From Longimicrobiales bacterium (GTDB lineage: Bacteria > Gemmatimonadota > Gemmatimonadetes > Longimicrobiales > Gaopeijiaceae): a stretch of 32,000 bases of DNA. Below, in pieces: positions 1 to 7,432 of this stretch. The stretch lies in contig CBDDCX010000006.1 in the NCBI GenBank assembly GCA_965226375.1, positions 110,393 to 142,392 of the forward strand, read 5' to 3'. Under the pieces are notes generated by a model. The model searched no databases. It was not told the DNA's origin and saw only the letters and a program-made list of their open reading frames with translations. How positions within the stretch are numbered: the first letter of the stretch is position 1; each line of letters begins with the position of its first letter. A program made the position numbers and the translations under genes.

Positions 1-399
1 TTCGTCCAGATAAAACTTCTTCAAGTAGTGGCCGGTCGCCGTGAGGTGTTCGGGTACCCGTTCCATCGGCTTGATGTGGAGGTACTTCTGCTCACTGGAG
101 ATCCTCCGGTAGACGTCCATTCTGATGATTCGGAACTTGGGAATCCGAAACACTCTCCCCTCCGAGCCCCGTGGCTCGGAGAGGAAAATCGGGCCTCTGT
201 GGGCAGACCGGATCAGTCCCTCCAGTACGATGGAGACGATGATTACTACCATCAGTGGGGACAACAAGATGAGAAGGCCGAGAGAGAGGCCGACGTCCAG
301 CAGCCTTTTCTGCCACGGAAGCTGTGTCAGCCCCTTCTGCTCGCGGCCGGCTCTATCGGCCTCTTCGAACTGCTCGGTGCTCATGAGTCGAGTGGGCAT
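1..399 (-). CDS. Bacterial sugar transferase (polyprenyl-phosphate glycosyl-1-phosphate transferase, WbaP/EpsL-like), N-terminal part; 3' end runs off the window
   Basis: Open minus-strand frame, absent from the ORF track because it has no stop in the window. Translation: M(PTRLM)STEQFEEADRAGREQKGLTQLPWQKRLLDVGLSLGLLILLSPLMVVIIVSIVLEGLIRSAHRGPIFLSEPRGSEGRVFRIPKFRIIRMD...HYLKKFYLDE. The KRxxD + TM helix + GP(I/V)F..R.G..G..F...KFR.M + ..LDE(LPQ) order is the hallmark N-terminus of the Bac_transf family. Start is ambiguous (in-frame ATGs at 399, 384 and 474). Confidence 0.8.
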   Translation of the reverse strand, partial: MPTRLMSTEQFEEADRAGREQKGLTQLPWQKRLLDVGLSLGLLILLSPLMVVIIVSIVLEGLIRSAHRGPIFLSEPRGSEGRVFRIPKFRIIRMDVYRRISSEQKYLHIKPMERVPEHLTATGHYLKKFYLDE

Positions 400-486
400 G
401 AGGGGCAAGCTTGAGTAGGAGAGGCACCTTGGGCAAGCCGGAAGATGCGAGACAACGCGGAGGCCCTCTGGCATATATGATTACAA

Positions 487-523
487 GTCAATAGTTGACA
501 CGTCATCAATATAGTCTTATGAT
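487..523 (+). promoter_or_regulatory. Near-consensus sigma70-type promoter of marR with an overlapping palindromic operator; predicted leaderless transcript
   Basis: TTGACA (495-500), 17 nt, TATGAT (518-523). The marR ATG (529) begins 6 nt after the -10 hexamer and there is no SD. Palindrome GTCAA-tag-TTGAC (487-499) overlaps the -35. Confidence 0.55.
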
Positions 524-528
524 ACGCT

Positions 529-1023
529 ATGTCCAGCAAACAACCACGTTCGATCCTCGACGAGATCGGCCAGACCAAACCCAGCGCCTCGAAGCAGCAG
601 GAGGCGCTTATCGCGCTCATGCGCACCACCGACGCCGTCAAGTATCAGCTGGCCAAAGAGCTCGACGGTTATGATGTGACACCACAGCAGTACAACGTTC
701 TCAGGATCCTTCGTGGGGCCGGGAAGGACGGTCTTCCGACCCTGGCCATCGCGGACCGAATGATCGAGCGGACACCTGGAATCACGCGCCTTGTCGACCG
801 CCTCGAAGGGTGTGGCTTGGCCGAGCGGAGCCGGTGCCAGAACGATCGTCGGCGCGTGTTCGCTATCATCACTGACAAGGGCCTCGAGCTTCTGGAGACT
901 CTCGATCCGGTGATTGATTCGGCCGATCGTACTGTGATGGCCGGCCTGCCTGTCGAGAACCTTGAGCCTCTCCTCACGTCCCTTTCGATGATCCGTGCGG
1001 GTCTCGGGTCCCAGGGGGCGTGA
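529..1023 (+). CDS. MarR family transcriptional regulator
   Basis: 164 aa. Typical MarR wHTH core: VTPQQYNVLRILRGAGKDGLPTLAIADRMIERTPGITRLVDRLEGCGLAERSRCQNDRRRVFAIITDKGLELLETL. Confidence 0.9.
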   Translation: MSSKQPRSILDEIGQTKPSASKQQEALIALMRTTDAVKYQLAKELDGYDVTPQQYNVLRILRGAGKDGLPTLAIADRMIERTPGITRLVDRLEGCGLAERSRCQNDRRRVFAIITDKGLELLETLDPVIDSADRTVMAGLPVENLEPLLTSLSMIRAGLGSQGA

Positions 1024-1057
1024 CTTTTTTTCCACCAATACATTACTAGTCAATAAT

Positions 1058-1067
1058 TTAATCTCAA
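1058..1067. repeat. Left copy of flanking direct repeat TTAATCTCAA (putative target-site duplication of the IS)
   Basis: Identical 10-mer abuts both IS termini (1058-1067 and 2133-2142). Confidence 0.7.
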
Positions 1068-2132
1068 GGGGGTATTCCCTTAAGTCCACCGACCCCAAGA
1101 TATAGTGGTTACCGGGGCTCTGCGGGCCGTTTCCCACGTCCGGTGCCGAGGTAAAGGGCCGAAGCTGGCGTGGGAGCACACTGAACAGCCTGCTCAAGCA
1201 AGCGGTAGAACAACAGGCCGCGAGCCCGGGATGTGCGTCGGTTGAAGCGAAAGGTGAACTCGTCCAGATAGTAGGGGAGGTGTTCGCGGGCGATCCCTCC
1301 TTGGAGGGTTCCGAGGACCCAGCGCTTGAGGAGAGACGCCACCCGATGTACGGCCGACATGAGCACGTGAGCGGGATCGCCGGAGGTCGAGAGGTTCGTG
1401 ACCGTGTGGCGAAAGCCCAGTTTGGCGAGTCCCTGATAGCTTGGCCATCCGTCGGTATGCACCGTGCTTGCCGGTGCGATGCTATCCTTGACGAAGCCTC
1501 GCAGAACCGGAGCGGAGAGGTCGGGCACCCAACGCAGCCGTATTCTCCCGATCTTGCGTCCGTCGACCTCGGCGGCGATCGCGACGATGGCCTTCTTGAT
1601 CGTCTCGCGGCCCCGCACTCCAGCCTCCACGCCCCCGACATAGCTCTCGTCCACTTGCACAACGCCGCTCAGCTGGTCGCGATCCGGTCGGACCATGGCC
1701 CGGCGGAGCTTGTGGAGCCAGACCCACGCTGTCTTGTAGCTTCCCAGTCCGAGCACGCGCTGGAGCCCGAGAGCATTGGCTCCGTATTTCTGGCTCGTGA
1801 GCTCCCAGGCAGCGAGAAACCACAGACGCAGGGGCGAGCGCGTGCGGTGGAACACGGTTCCCGCCAGCACCGAGGTCTGCCTTCGACAGTGTGGGCAGAC
1901 GAGACGCCCCCGCGATGCTCGCCAGACCTCTCCCAACCCGCCACAGCCCACGCACACAAACCCTTCCGGCCAGCGCAGACCCTCCACGTACTCCAGGCAT
2001 GCCGCATCGTCGGGGAAGAACTCGTCCAACTCCAGCCGCGTACGGGGATAGTCCACGCCGCCACGGAGCTGAGAAGCCGGAACCGCCATGACCACAACAT
2101 GTAGTGGGCGGTGGACTTAAGGCAATACCCCA
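1068..2132 (-). mobile_element. IS1595-family insertion sequence (about 1.07 kb), apparently intact
   Basis: Terminal inverted repeats: GGGGGTATTCCCTTAAGTCCACCG (1068-1091) versus the reverse complement of 2109-2132, TGGGGTATTGCCTTAAGTCCACCG (22/24 identical). They enclose a single transposase ORF and are flanked by a perfect 10-bp direct repeat. Confidence 0.85.
1109..2095 (-). CDS. IS1595/ISXO2-like DDE transposase
   Basis: 328 aa, GTG start. N-terminal zinc ribbon (CVGCGG...CPHCRR) followed by DDE-domain blocks (VQVDESYVGG, VHTDGWPSY, YLDEFTFRFNRR) characteristic of IS1595-family transposases. Confidence 0.9.
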   Translation of the reverse strand: MVMAVPASQLRGGVDYPRTRLELDEFFPDDAACLEYVEGLRWPEGFVCVGCGGLGEVWRASRGRLVCPHCRRQTSVLAGTVFHRTRSPLRLWFLAAWELTSQKYGANALGLQRVLGLGSYKTAWVWLHKLRRAMVRPDRDQLSGVVQVDESYVGGVEAGVRGRETIKKAIVAIAAEVDGRKIGRIRLRWVPDLSAPVLRGFVKDSIAPASTVHTDGWPSYQGLAKLGFRHTVTNLSTSGDPAHVLMSAVHRVASLLKRWVLGTLQGGIAREHLPYYLDEFTFRFNRRTSRARGLLFYRLLEQAVQCAPTPASALYLGTGRGKRPAEPR

Positions 2133-2142
2133 TTAATCTCAA
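2133..2142. repeat. Right copy of flanking direct repeat TTAATCTCAA
   Basis: Identical to 1058-1067 and immediately outside the right inverted repeat. Confidence 0.7.
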
Positions 2143-2168
2143 ATAACATCTGCAGAAGGAGAAATACA

Positions 2169-2621
2169 ATGATTAGCAAGCTGATGAAGACTGACGGAGA
2201 TGTGGCCGCGTTGATCCTCCGGGTCACTCTGGCCCTCGTGATGTTCCCACACGCAGCCCAAAAGCTCTTCGGGTGGTTTGGCGGCTACGGCCTCGACGCC
2301 ACGCTCCAATTCTTTGCGACCCTCGGGATTCCGGCGTGGATGGGAGTCCTCGCCGTCTTGATTGAGTTCGCTGGGTCGATCGCCTTGCTGCTCGGAGCGT
2401 TCGGAAGGGTCGCCGCTCTCGGATTGGCGGGCGTGATCGCCGGTGCCGTACTGACCGTCCACGCCCCGAACGGGTTCTTCATGAACTGGAGCGGTGCCCA
2501 GGTGGGCGAAGGGTTCGAGTATCACATCCTGTTCCTCGCCATGGCGGCGGTTGTGGTCCTCAAGGGCAGTGGAGCCCTCTCGGTCGACCGCGTGTTCAGT
2601 CTGGCTCCAGCTACGGACTGA
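2169..2621 (+). CDS. DoxX family membrane protein
   Basis: 150 aa with four hydrophobic helices. DoxX-like N-terminus (LILRVTLALVMFPHAAQKLFGWFGGYG). AAGGAG SD (2156-2161) lies 7 nt upstream of the ATG. Confidence 0.85.
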   Translation: MISKLMKTDGDVAALILRVTLALVMFPHAAQKLFGWFGGYGLDATLQFFATLGIPAWMGVLAVLIEFAGSIALLLGAFGRVAALGLAGVIAGAVLTVHAPNGFFMNWSGAQVGEGFEYHILFLAMAAVVVLKGSGALSVDRVFSLAPATD

Positions 2622-2751
2622 GTAACAACCGGAGCGATTCGGCCAGGACGGCCGGGCAGGGACGTGCGACCCTCGGAGCGTGGCTCCGGGGGTCGTTCGT
2701 CCGTATCATCCTTCCGACTGCGGAAGCTCCCACACCGAGAGGGACCGAAGC

Positions 2752-3882
2752 ATGACGTTTCGAGCACACTGGGCCCTGACACTTCTTGCCGGCGTCGCCG
2801 CGGGCGGATGCACGATCGAGTCCGAGCAGGACACGTCTGGCGACGCCTTACCGGGTGCTCCCTGGACCCTCGCGGACCCGGCACCCGACGACGACGGTGA
2901 GCTTCGAGTCCTGGTCATGCACGACATGGAGGGGCTCTCCGGTCAGTCCGACCCCCGGACCTTTTCGTACCGCAATGCCGAGTTCTATCCGCAGGGTGCG
3001 GAGTATCTGATCGGTGACGTGAACGCCGTCATCGCGGGTCTGTTCGATGGAGGGGCCGATGTGGTTCGGGTGGTAGACGGCCACGGAAGTGGCAACCCGG
3101 AACCCGATATCATCCTCGACCGTCTGGACCCACGGGCCGAGATGTACAGCCGGTCAGAACCCTTCGAGGCCTATGTCGACATCGTCGAGGCGGGCGCTTT
3201 CGACGCGATCGCCGTGGTCGGCATGCATGCCAAGACCGGAAGCGGGGGCTTCGCATCTCATACCTACAATCCCGGAATCGGATGGCGCCTCAACGGGCAG
3301 AGTATCACGGAGACCGAGATCGTGGCTCTTTCCTGGGGTCGTGTGGGCGTGCCTGTCATCTTCGCGTCCGGTGATGACAAACTCGCCGCTGATCTGGCCA
3401 CCATGCCGTGGATCCGGTACGTGACGGTGAAGGATGCCACCAGCGCGTCAACGGCGGATCCCTATCCCGTGGAAGAAGTCCGGGCACAGCTCCGTGCTGA
3501 GGCCCAGGCCGCCGTCGAGGCACTGTCCGATGCCCGCGTGATGAAGACCGCGTCGCCGGTCGAAGCGACGCTCGATGCCGTGCCGCCCGCCTCACTGGCG
3601 GCCCTGGAAGGGGTGCCAGGTGTTCGATATGACGACGGCTCCGTGACGTTCACGGCCCAGGGTTTCGCGGACGCATACGATGGATTGACCGCCCTGATCA
3701 GGGTGGCCAGGGCAGGCTACTCCGGCGTCATGGGTGAGGTTCTCAGGGGACTGGACGCCAATGCGGGGGCCGAGTACTCCGCCAGGCTCTTCGAGCGCTG
3801 GATGGACTTCGAGTCAGGGCGCTGGACGGCCCCGACGCTGCCTGCTCCCCCGCAGGGCCGCACATATTACGGATACCGGTGA
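2752..3882 (+). CDS. Peptidase M55 (DppA-type D-aminopeptidase), exported, possible lipoprotein
   Basis: Start chosen at MTFRAHWALTLLAGVAAGGC (signal peptide with Cys); the longer track ORF from 2680 is rejected. Blocks align with B. subtilis DppA: MHDMEGLSG / VVDGHGSGN / VVGMHAKTGSGGFASHT / LNGQSITETEIVALSWGRVGVPVIFASGDD. Confidence 0.8.
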   Translation: MTFRAHWALTLLAGVAAGGCTIESEQDTSGDALPGAPWTLADPAPDDDGELRVLVMHDMEGLSGQSDPRTFSYRNAEFYPQGAEYLIGDVNAVIAGLFDGGADVVRVVDGHGSGNPEPDIILDRLDPRAEMYSRSEPFEAYVDIVEAGAFDAIAVVGMHAKTGSGGFASHTYNPGIGWRLNGQSITETEIVALSWGRVGVPVIFASGDDKLAADLATMPWIRYVTVKDATSASTADPYPVEEVRAQLRAEAQAAVEALSDARVMKTASPVEATLDAVPPASLAALEGVPGVRYDDGSVTFTAQGFADAYDGLTALIRVARAGYSGVMGEVLRGLDANAGAEYSARLFERWMDFESGRWTAPTLPAPPQGRTYYGYR

Positions 3883-3886
3883 GGCC

Positions 3887-5677
3887 ATGATAAATATGCT
3901 TCGTTCCCGATCCATCGCCCTGCTCCTCACGGTCCTCGTCCTCTCTTCGTGCGGAGGGAGTGCACCTCCCCCCGCCGTAGCCGTGCCCCTTCCGGCTCCG
4001 GAGCCGGCCGTCGAGCCGGTGGCCGAACCGGAGGTCGAGTACGACCTGGTCATCGAGAACGGAAGGATCGTAGACGGCACCGGAAACGCATGGTTCTATG
4101 GCGACCTGGCGGTCAAGGACGGCCGCATCGCCCGCATCGCGCCTCGCGGGATGTTACGTCGTGCGTCGACCAGCGAGCGCGTCGACGCGTTCGGGCACGT
4201 GGTCGCTCCCGGCTTCATCGATATACAAAGCCACTCCCGCTACGCGTTCCTCCAGGGCGACGGGAGGGTCGTCAGCAAGGTCACGCAGGGTATTACGACG
4301 GAGATCATGGGGGAGGGCACTACCGATGCCCCGGTGAATCCGACGGGCCTGGGGCGGGCAAACGACGAAGAGTCTCAGGCCGACCGTCTGGCTCGTAGCT
4401 TCGCCGGAAATCACGGCTTCGACGCGTGGCTGAAGGCCATGGAGGCTCACGGCACGTCAGCCAACCAGGGTTCTTTTCTGGGGGCGGGCACGGTGCGCAC
4501 CTATGCGGTCGGGATGCGTATGGGACCCGCCGCACCCGCAGAGCTGGACACGATGAAAGCCGTCGTGAGGCGGGCCATGGAGGACGGCGCCTTCGGTGTC
4601 GCCTCCGCTCTGGTCTATCCTCCGGGAAACTTTGTGTCCACGGCTGAGCTGGGTGAGATCGCCGGGGCGATGGCTGGCTATGGGGGCGTCTACATCACGC
4701 ACATGCGATCCGAAGCGGACGACTATCTGGAGGCCATCGACGAGGCCATCGAAATCGGAGAACGTGGCGGCGTACCGGTGGAGATCTACCACCTCAAGGC
4801 CGGAGGCCAGCGGAACTGGCACAAGGCTGCAATGGCCATCGCCAAGATCGACTCGGCCCGGGCTGCAGGGGTCGACGTACAGGCGAACATGTATCCGTAC
4901 GTTGCGGGGAGCACGGGTCTGACGGCGTGCTTCCCACCGTCGGCTTCCGCGGATGGCAAGCTCTACGACAATCTGGCCGATCGCGAGGCTCGGCAACGGA
5001 TTCGAGGGGAGATCGAGAACCAGCAGGAGGTATGGGAGAGCTTCTGCACGCTCGCTACGCCTGCCGGTGTCTTGGTTCTCGGTCTGGACAAGCCCGAGAA
5101 TCAGAAGTACACGGGCCGCTACCTGGACGATATCGCGGCGGAGATGGGCAAGGACTGGATCGACACCGCCATGGACCTGGTTCTGGACGAGCGCCAGCGC
5201 GTGGGAACGATCTACTTCCTGATGAGCGAGGACAACGTCGCTCTTCAGATGCAGCAGCCCTGGATGAAGTTCGGGACCGACGCCGGAGGCGTGAATCCCG
5301 AAACCACGCGCGTTCTCGTGCATCCGAGAAGCTACGGGACGTATCCGCGTATCCTCGGCCGTTATGTGCGAGAGAAGGGAGTGCTCCCATTGGAGGACGC
5401 CATCCGGAAGATGAGCTCGGCGGTGGCCACCCGTCTTTCGATTCATGATCGCGGCCTACTCAAAGAGGGCTTTTATGCGGACATCGTGATCTTCGATCCC
5501 GAAACGATTATTGACCGGGCCACCTTCGAGGAGCCTCATCAGGTGTCAGAGGGCGTGCGCGACGTGTTCGTGAACGGGGTGGCGGTGGTCAGGGACGGAG
5601 AGCACACCGATGCGAAGCCGGGCATGATCGTGCGTGGCCCTGGCTACCAGGCGCCGGACCGGAGGCCGATCTCCTAG
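3887..5677 (+). CDS. N-acyl-D-amino-acid deacylase (D-aminoacylase) family amidohydrolase, exported lipoprotein
   Basis: Start at MINMLRSRSIALLLTVLVLSSCGG (lipobox LSSC; alternative ATG at 3896), 4 nt after the M55 stop. D-aminoacylase-type N-terminus YDLVIENGRIVDGTGNAWFYGDLAVKDGRIARI...VAPGFIDIQSHS and C-terminal DRGLLKEGFYADIVIFDPETI. Confidence 0.85.
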   Translation: MINMLRSRSIALLLTVLVLSSCGGSAPPPAVAVPLPAPEPAVEPVAEPEVEYDLVIENGRIVDGTGNAWFYGDLAVKDGRIARIAPRGMLRRASTSERVDAFGHVVAPGFIDIQSHSRYAFLQGDGRVVSKVTQGITTEIMGEGTTDAPVNPTGLGRANDEESQADRLARSFAGNHGFDAWLKAMEAHGTSANQGSFLGAGTVRTYAVGMRMGPAAPAELDTMKAVVRRAMEDGAFGVASALVYPPGNFVSTAELGEIAGAMAGYGGVYITHMRSEADDYLEAIDEAIEIGERGGVPVEIYHLKAGGQRNWHKAAMAIAKIDSARAAGVDVQANMYPYVAGSTGLTACFPPSASADGKLYDNLADREARQRIRGEIENQQEVWESFCTLATPAGVLVLGLDKPENQKYTGRYLDDIAAEMGKDWIDTAMDLVLDERQRVGTIYFLMSEDNVALQMQQPWMKFGTDAGGVNPETTRVLVHPRSYGTYPRILGRYVREKGVLPLEDAIRKMSSAVATRLSIHDRGLLKEGFYADIVIFDPETIIDRATFEEPHQVSEGVRDVFVNGVAVVRDGEHTDAKPGMIVRGPGYQAPDRRPIS

Positions 5678-5695
5678 GGGGCTGTCTCGAGCCGC

Positions 5696-6871
5696 CTAGG
5701 CGGAGTCTGTCGCCGCGTCGTCACCGCTGTTTCCGTCCGCTGTGGCCAGCTGCCACACGCCCCAGGTCAGCAGCGGCAACAGGACCACCACCAGGAAAAT
5801 CCACGTGAGTGTGCCGTACCCCCTCGCGATCAGGCCGATGAGCCCGAACTGAGCCAGAAGGGCGCCGATAACCAACAGCGTCACGGCGATTGCCGGGCGC
5901 ACCATCGGGGGAAGCTCCTTGCCAGCCTCTTTGAAAGTCATGGCCAGACGCTCGTTCACACCGTGGATCATGCCGGTGCCGGTCTCGATGAGCGTTCCGA
6001 ACAGGCAAATCTGAAAGACGATCTGGAACGTGCGGGATCCGAGGCCCTCGAGTATGAGGTTCACGGGCACCGTCTCGTCGGCGATTCCCGGGTAGTGGCC
6101 GGCCATCGCGAGGAGCAGGAAGAAGCCCGGGATGATGGCGATCGGGCCGGCGAGACCACCCGAGATCAACGCTTCTTTTCTGGTGCTCACGTGTCGCACA
6201 CTGAAGAGCAGCGCCGGGATGATGGCCACGTTGTACGCCGCGTAGGCGATGCCGCCCACGAACCATCCGTCGCCGACCGGCACTGTGCTCAAGGCCGTTC
6301 CGATCTCCGTGCTGAAGGCGGACAACGACCAGGCGAACAGGACAGTGAACGTGCCGTAGAGCACGAATGACCAACTGGCCAGCACCTTCTCGATGAGTCC
6401 GGTACCCTCGAAGACCAGGAATCCGATCGCGACCATGATCCCGACGACCCCCACCAGGTACGGGAGACCGAACGTCTCCTGTAGAATCGAGCCCGCTGCC
6501 GACGCGATCACGGCCAGAACGACCATGAGCATGGCCGAATACGTCAACTCGAAGACGATCCAACCAGGCCCCAGCAAGTGCCTGCAGAACGTCCGGTAGT
6601 CATAGGCCTGGAAAACGCGTGCGTACTCGAAGGCTACGGCACACACCAGCGACCAGAACGTCATGGACACCAGCATCATGGCCAGGAGTCCGCCCTTGGG
6701 GCCGTAGGGCAGAAAGAACTCCGCCAACTCCCTGCCCGTGCCGTATCCACCGGCGATGACCACCGACTGGAAGATGAACCCGGGAAGGAGGTAGCGCTTC
6801 AGAAGGCCCGGGGCGCGAGTCCCGCTGCCCGTGGCGTCGGTGGCTGAGTCGGTCATCTCGCAGCGTGTCAC
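5696..6871 (-). CDS. YkvI-like polytopic membrane transporter (APC-superfamily-like), function unknown
   Basis: 391 aa with about 11 hydrophobic helices. N-terminal FQSVVIAGGYGTGRELAEFF resembles the YkvI-family GAGFATGxExxxFF motif. GTG start at 6871; alternative ATG at 6856. Confidence 0.7.
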   Translation of the reverse strand: MTRCEMTDSATDATGSGTRAPGLLKRYLLPGFIFQSVVIAGGYGTGRELAEFFLPYGPKGGLLAMMLVSMTFWSLVCAVAFEYARVFQAYDYRTFCRHLLGPGWIVFELTYSAMLMVVLAVIASAAGSILQETFGLPYLVGVVGIMVAIGFLVFEGTGLIEKVLASWSFVLYGTFTVLFAWSLSAFSTEIGTALSTVPVGDGWFVGGIAYAAYNVAIIPALLFSVRHVSTRKEALISGGLAGPIAIIPGFFLLLAMAGHYPGIADETVPVNLILEGLGSRTFQIVFQICLFGTLIETGTGMIHGVNERLAMTFKEAGKELPPMVRPAIAVTLLVIGALLAQFGLIGLIARGYGTLTWIFLVVVLLPLLTWGVWQLATADGNSGDDAATDSA

Positions 6872-7061
6872 CGCACCCCATGGCTGTCAAGCGATGTGAC
6901 CCCGACGCAACCTTCCTCGTCTAAGAGTCGTCAGAGCAAGTGAGGGGGATGGTTCTTGCGATGAGCCTGAAACCGAAACAGTGCTGTCTCGTATTGGAGA
7001 GAGTGTGGGAGAAGGGCTGAGGGCCGCGTTCAGATCGGCCCCGTGAGGAAGGAAGAGGAAG

Positions 7062-7223
7062 ATGAGTGTGGAAGAGAGAATTGGGCACTTACTCAGAGCA
7101 GCGAGTCGGGTGGAGGGTGAGGGGGATAGTCGTGGGGCTGAGCTACTTCGGCAGATGGCCGAAGAGGCACTCCCGGTGGAGCGTCAGAGAGTCGTGATGG
7201 CCGTGGGTTGCCACAGCGACTGA
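7062..7223 (+). CDS. Hypothetical 53-aa small ORF (may instead be part of a non-coding RNA)
   Basis: MSVEERIGHLLRAASRVEGEGDSRGAELLRQMAEEALPVERQRVVMAVGCHSD. A purine tract GAGGAAGGAAGAGGAAG lies directly upstream and a strong intrinsic terminator lies 27 nt downstream. Too short for the ORF track. Codon usage is atypical for the window (AGA, TTA, CTA, AGT codons). Confidence 0.3.
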   Translation: MSVEERIGHLLRAASRVEGEGDSRGAELLRQMAEEALPVERQRVVMAVGCHSD

Positions 7224-7249
7224 GAGAGCCGAGTTCTCCGGCCTTTCCA

Positions 7250-7282
7250 GGGCGCTGCCTTTCGAGGCAGCGCCCTTTTTTT
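7250..7282 (+). terminator. Rho-independent terminator
   Basis: GGGCGCTGCCT (7250-7260), TTCG loop, AGGCAGCGCCC (7265-7275), then T7 (7276-7282). This is a perfect 11-bp GC-rich stem with a UUCG tetraloop. Confidence 0.8.
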
Positions 7283-7432
7283 CTTTCCAGTGGCGCCTTG
7301 GAGGCCTCGTTGATCCGGCCTACCGCGCCTTACCTCCGTACAGAGGCTTGCGTATTTTTCAGGGTCCCCGTGTTCACGGCCGGTGGCCTTTCGGCTACTC
7401 GGCTACGAGCCGAACCAGGAGTACGGATCAAA

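Noticed and set aside
517-2104. Long ORFs 517-1662 (minus, 381 aa) and 1280-2104 (plus, 274 aa)
   Set aside because: They overlap the clearly real marR and IS1595 transposase genes in other frames or strands. Their translations are Arg/Pro/Ser-rich and low in complexity, with no recognisable motifs.
1047-2149. Reconstituted promoter TAGTCA-16 nt-TAACAT spanning the IS insertion site (doxX promoter split by the IS)
   Set aside because: Both hexamers are weak. The implied transcription start would fall on the doxX SD. It cannot be distinguished from chance without an empty-site sequence or transcript mapping.
4817-4831. Sigma54-like element TGGCAC-N5-TGCA
   Set aside because: It lies deep inside the D-aminoacylase coding sequence, lacks the full TTGCA, and has no downstream gene start. 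It is most likely a chance match.
6961-7020. 19-codon ORF MSLKPKQCCLVLERVWEKG upstream of the 53-codon sORF
   Set aside because: It is too short to evaluate, has a poorly spaced SD, and has no supporting signal beyond an ATG and a stop.
6940-7250. GGA-rich region as a CsrA/RsmA-titrating sRNA
   Set aside because: About 10 GGA triplets in 300 nt is only a modest enrichment for this base composition. I cannot show that they sit in hairpin loops, and I have no evidence for a CsrA homolog. It is kept only as an untested alternative within the sORF/sRNA finding.
7208-7432. N-terminal extensions of track ORFs: 7208 for the cupredoxin, 2680 for M55, 3734 for the D-aminoacylase, 11837 for DoxX-like, 16324 for VapC, 23265 for permease 3, 11326 for CysK-rhodanese and 30064 for M28
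   Set aside because: The extensions are non-protein-like. They precede obvious signal peptides or conserved N-termini, overlap upstream genes, or (for 7208) read straight through a strong terminator hairpin. Internal starts with SD-like sequences were chosen instead.
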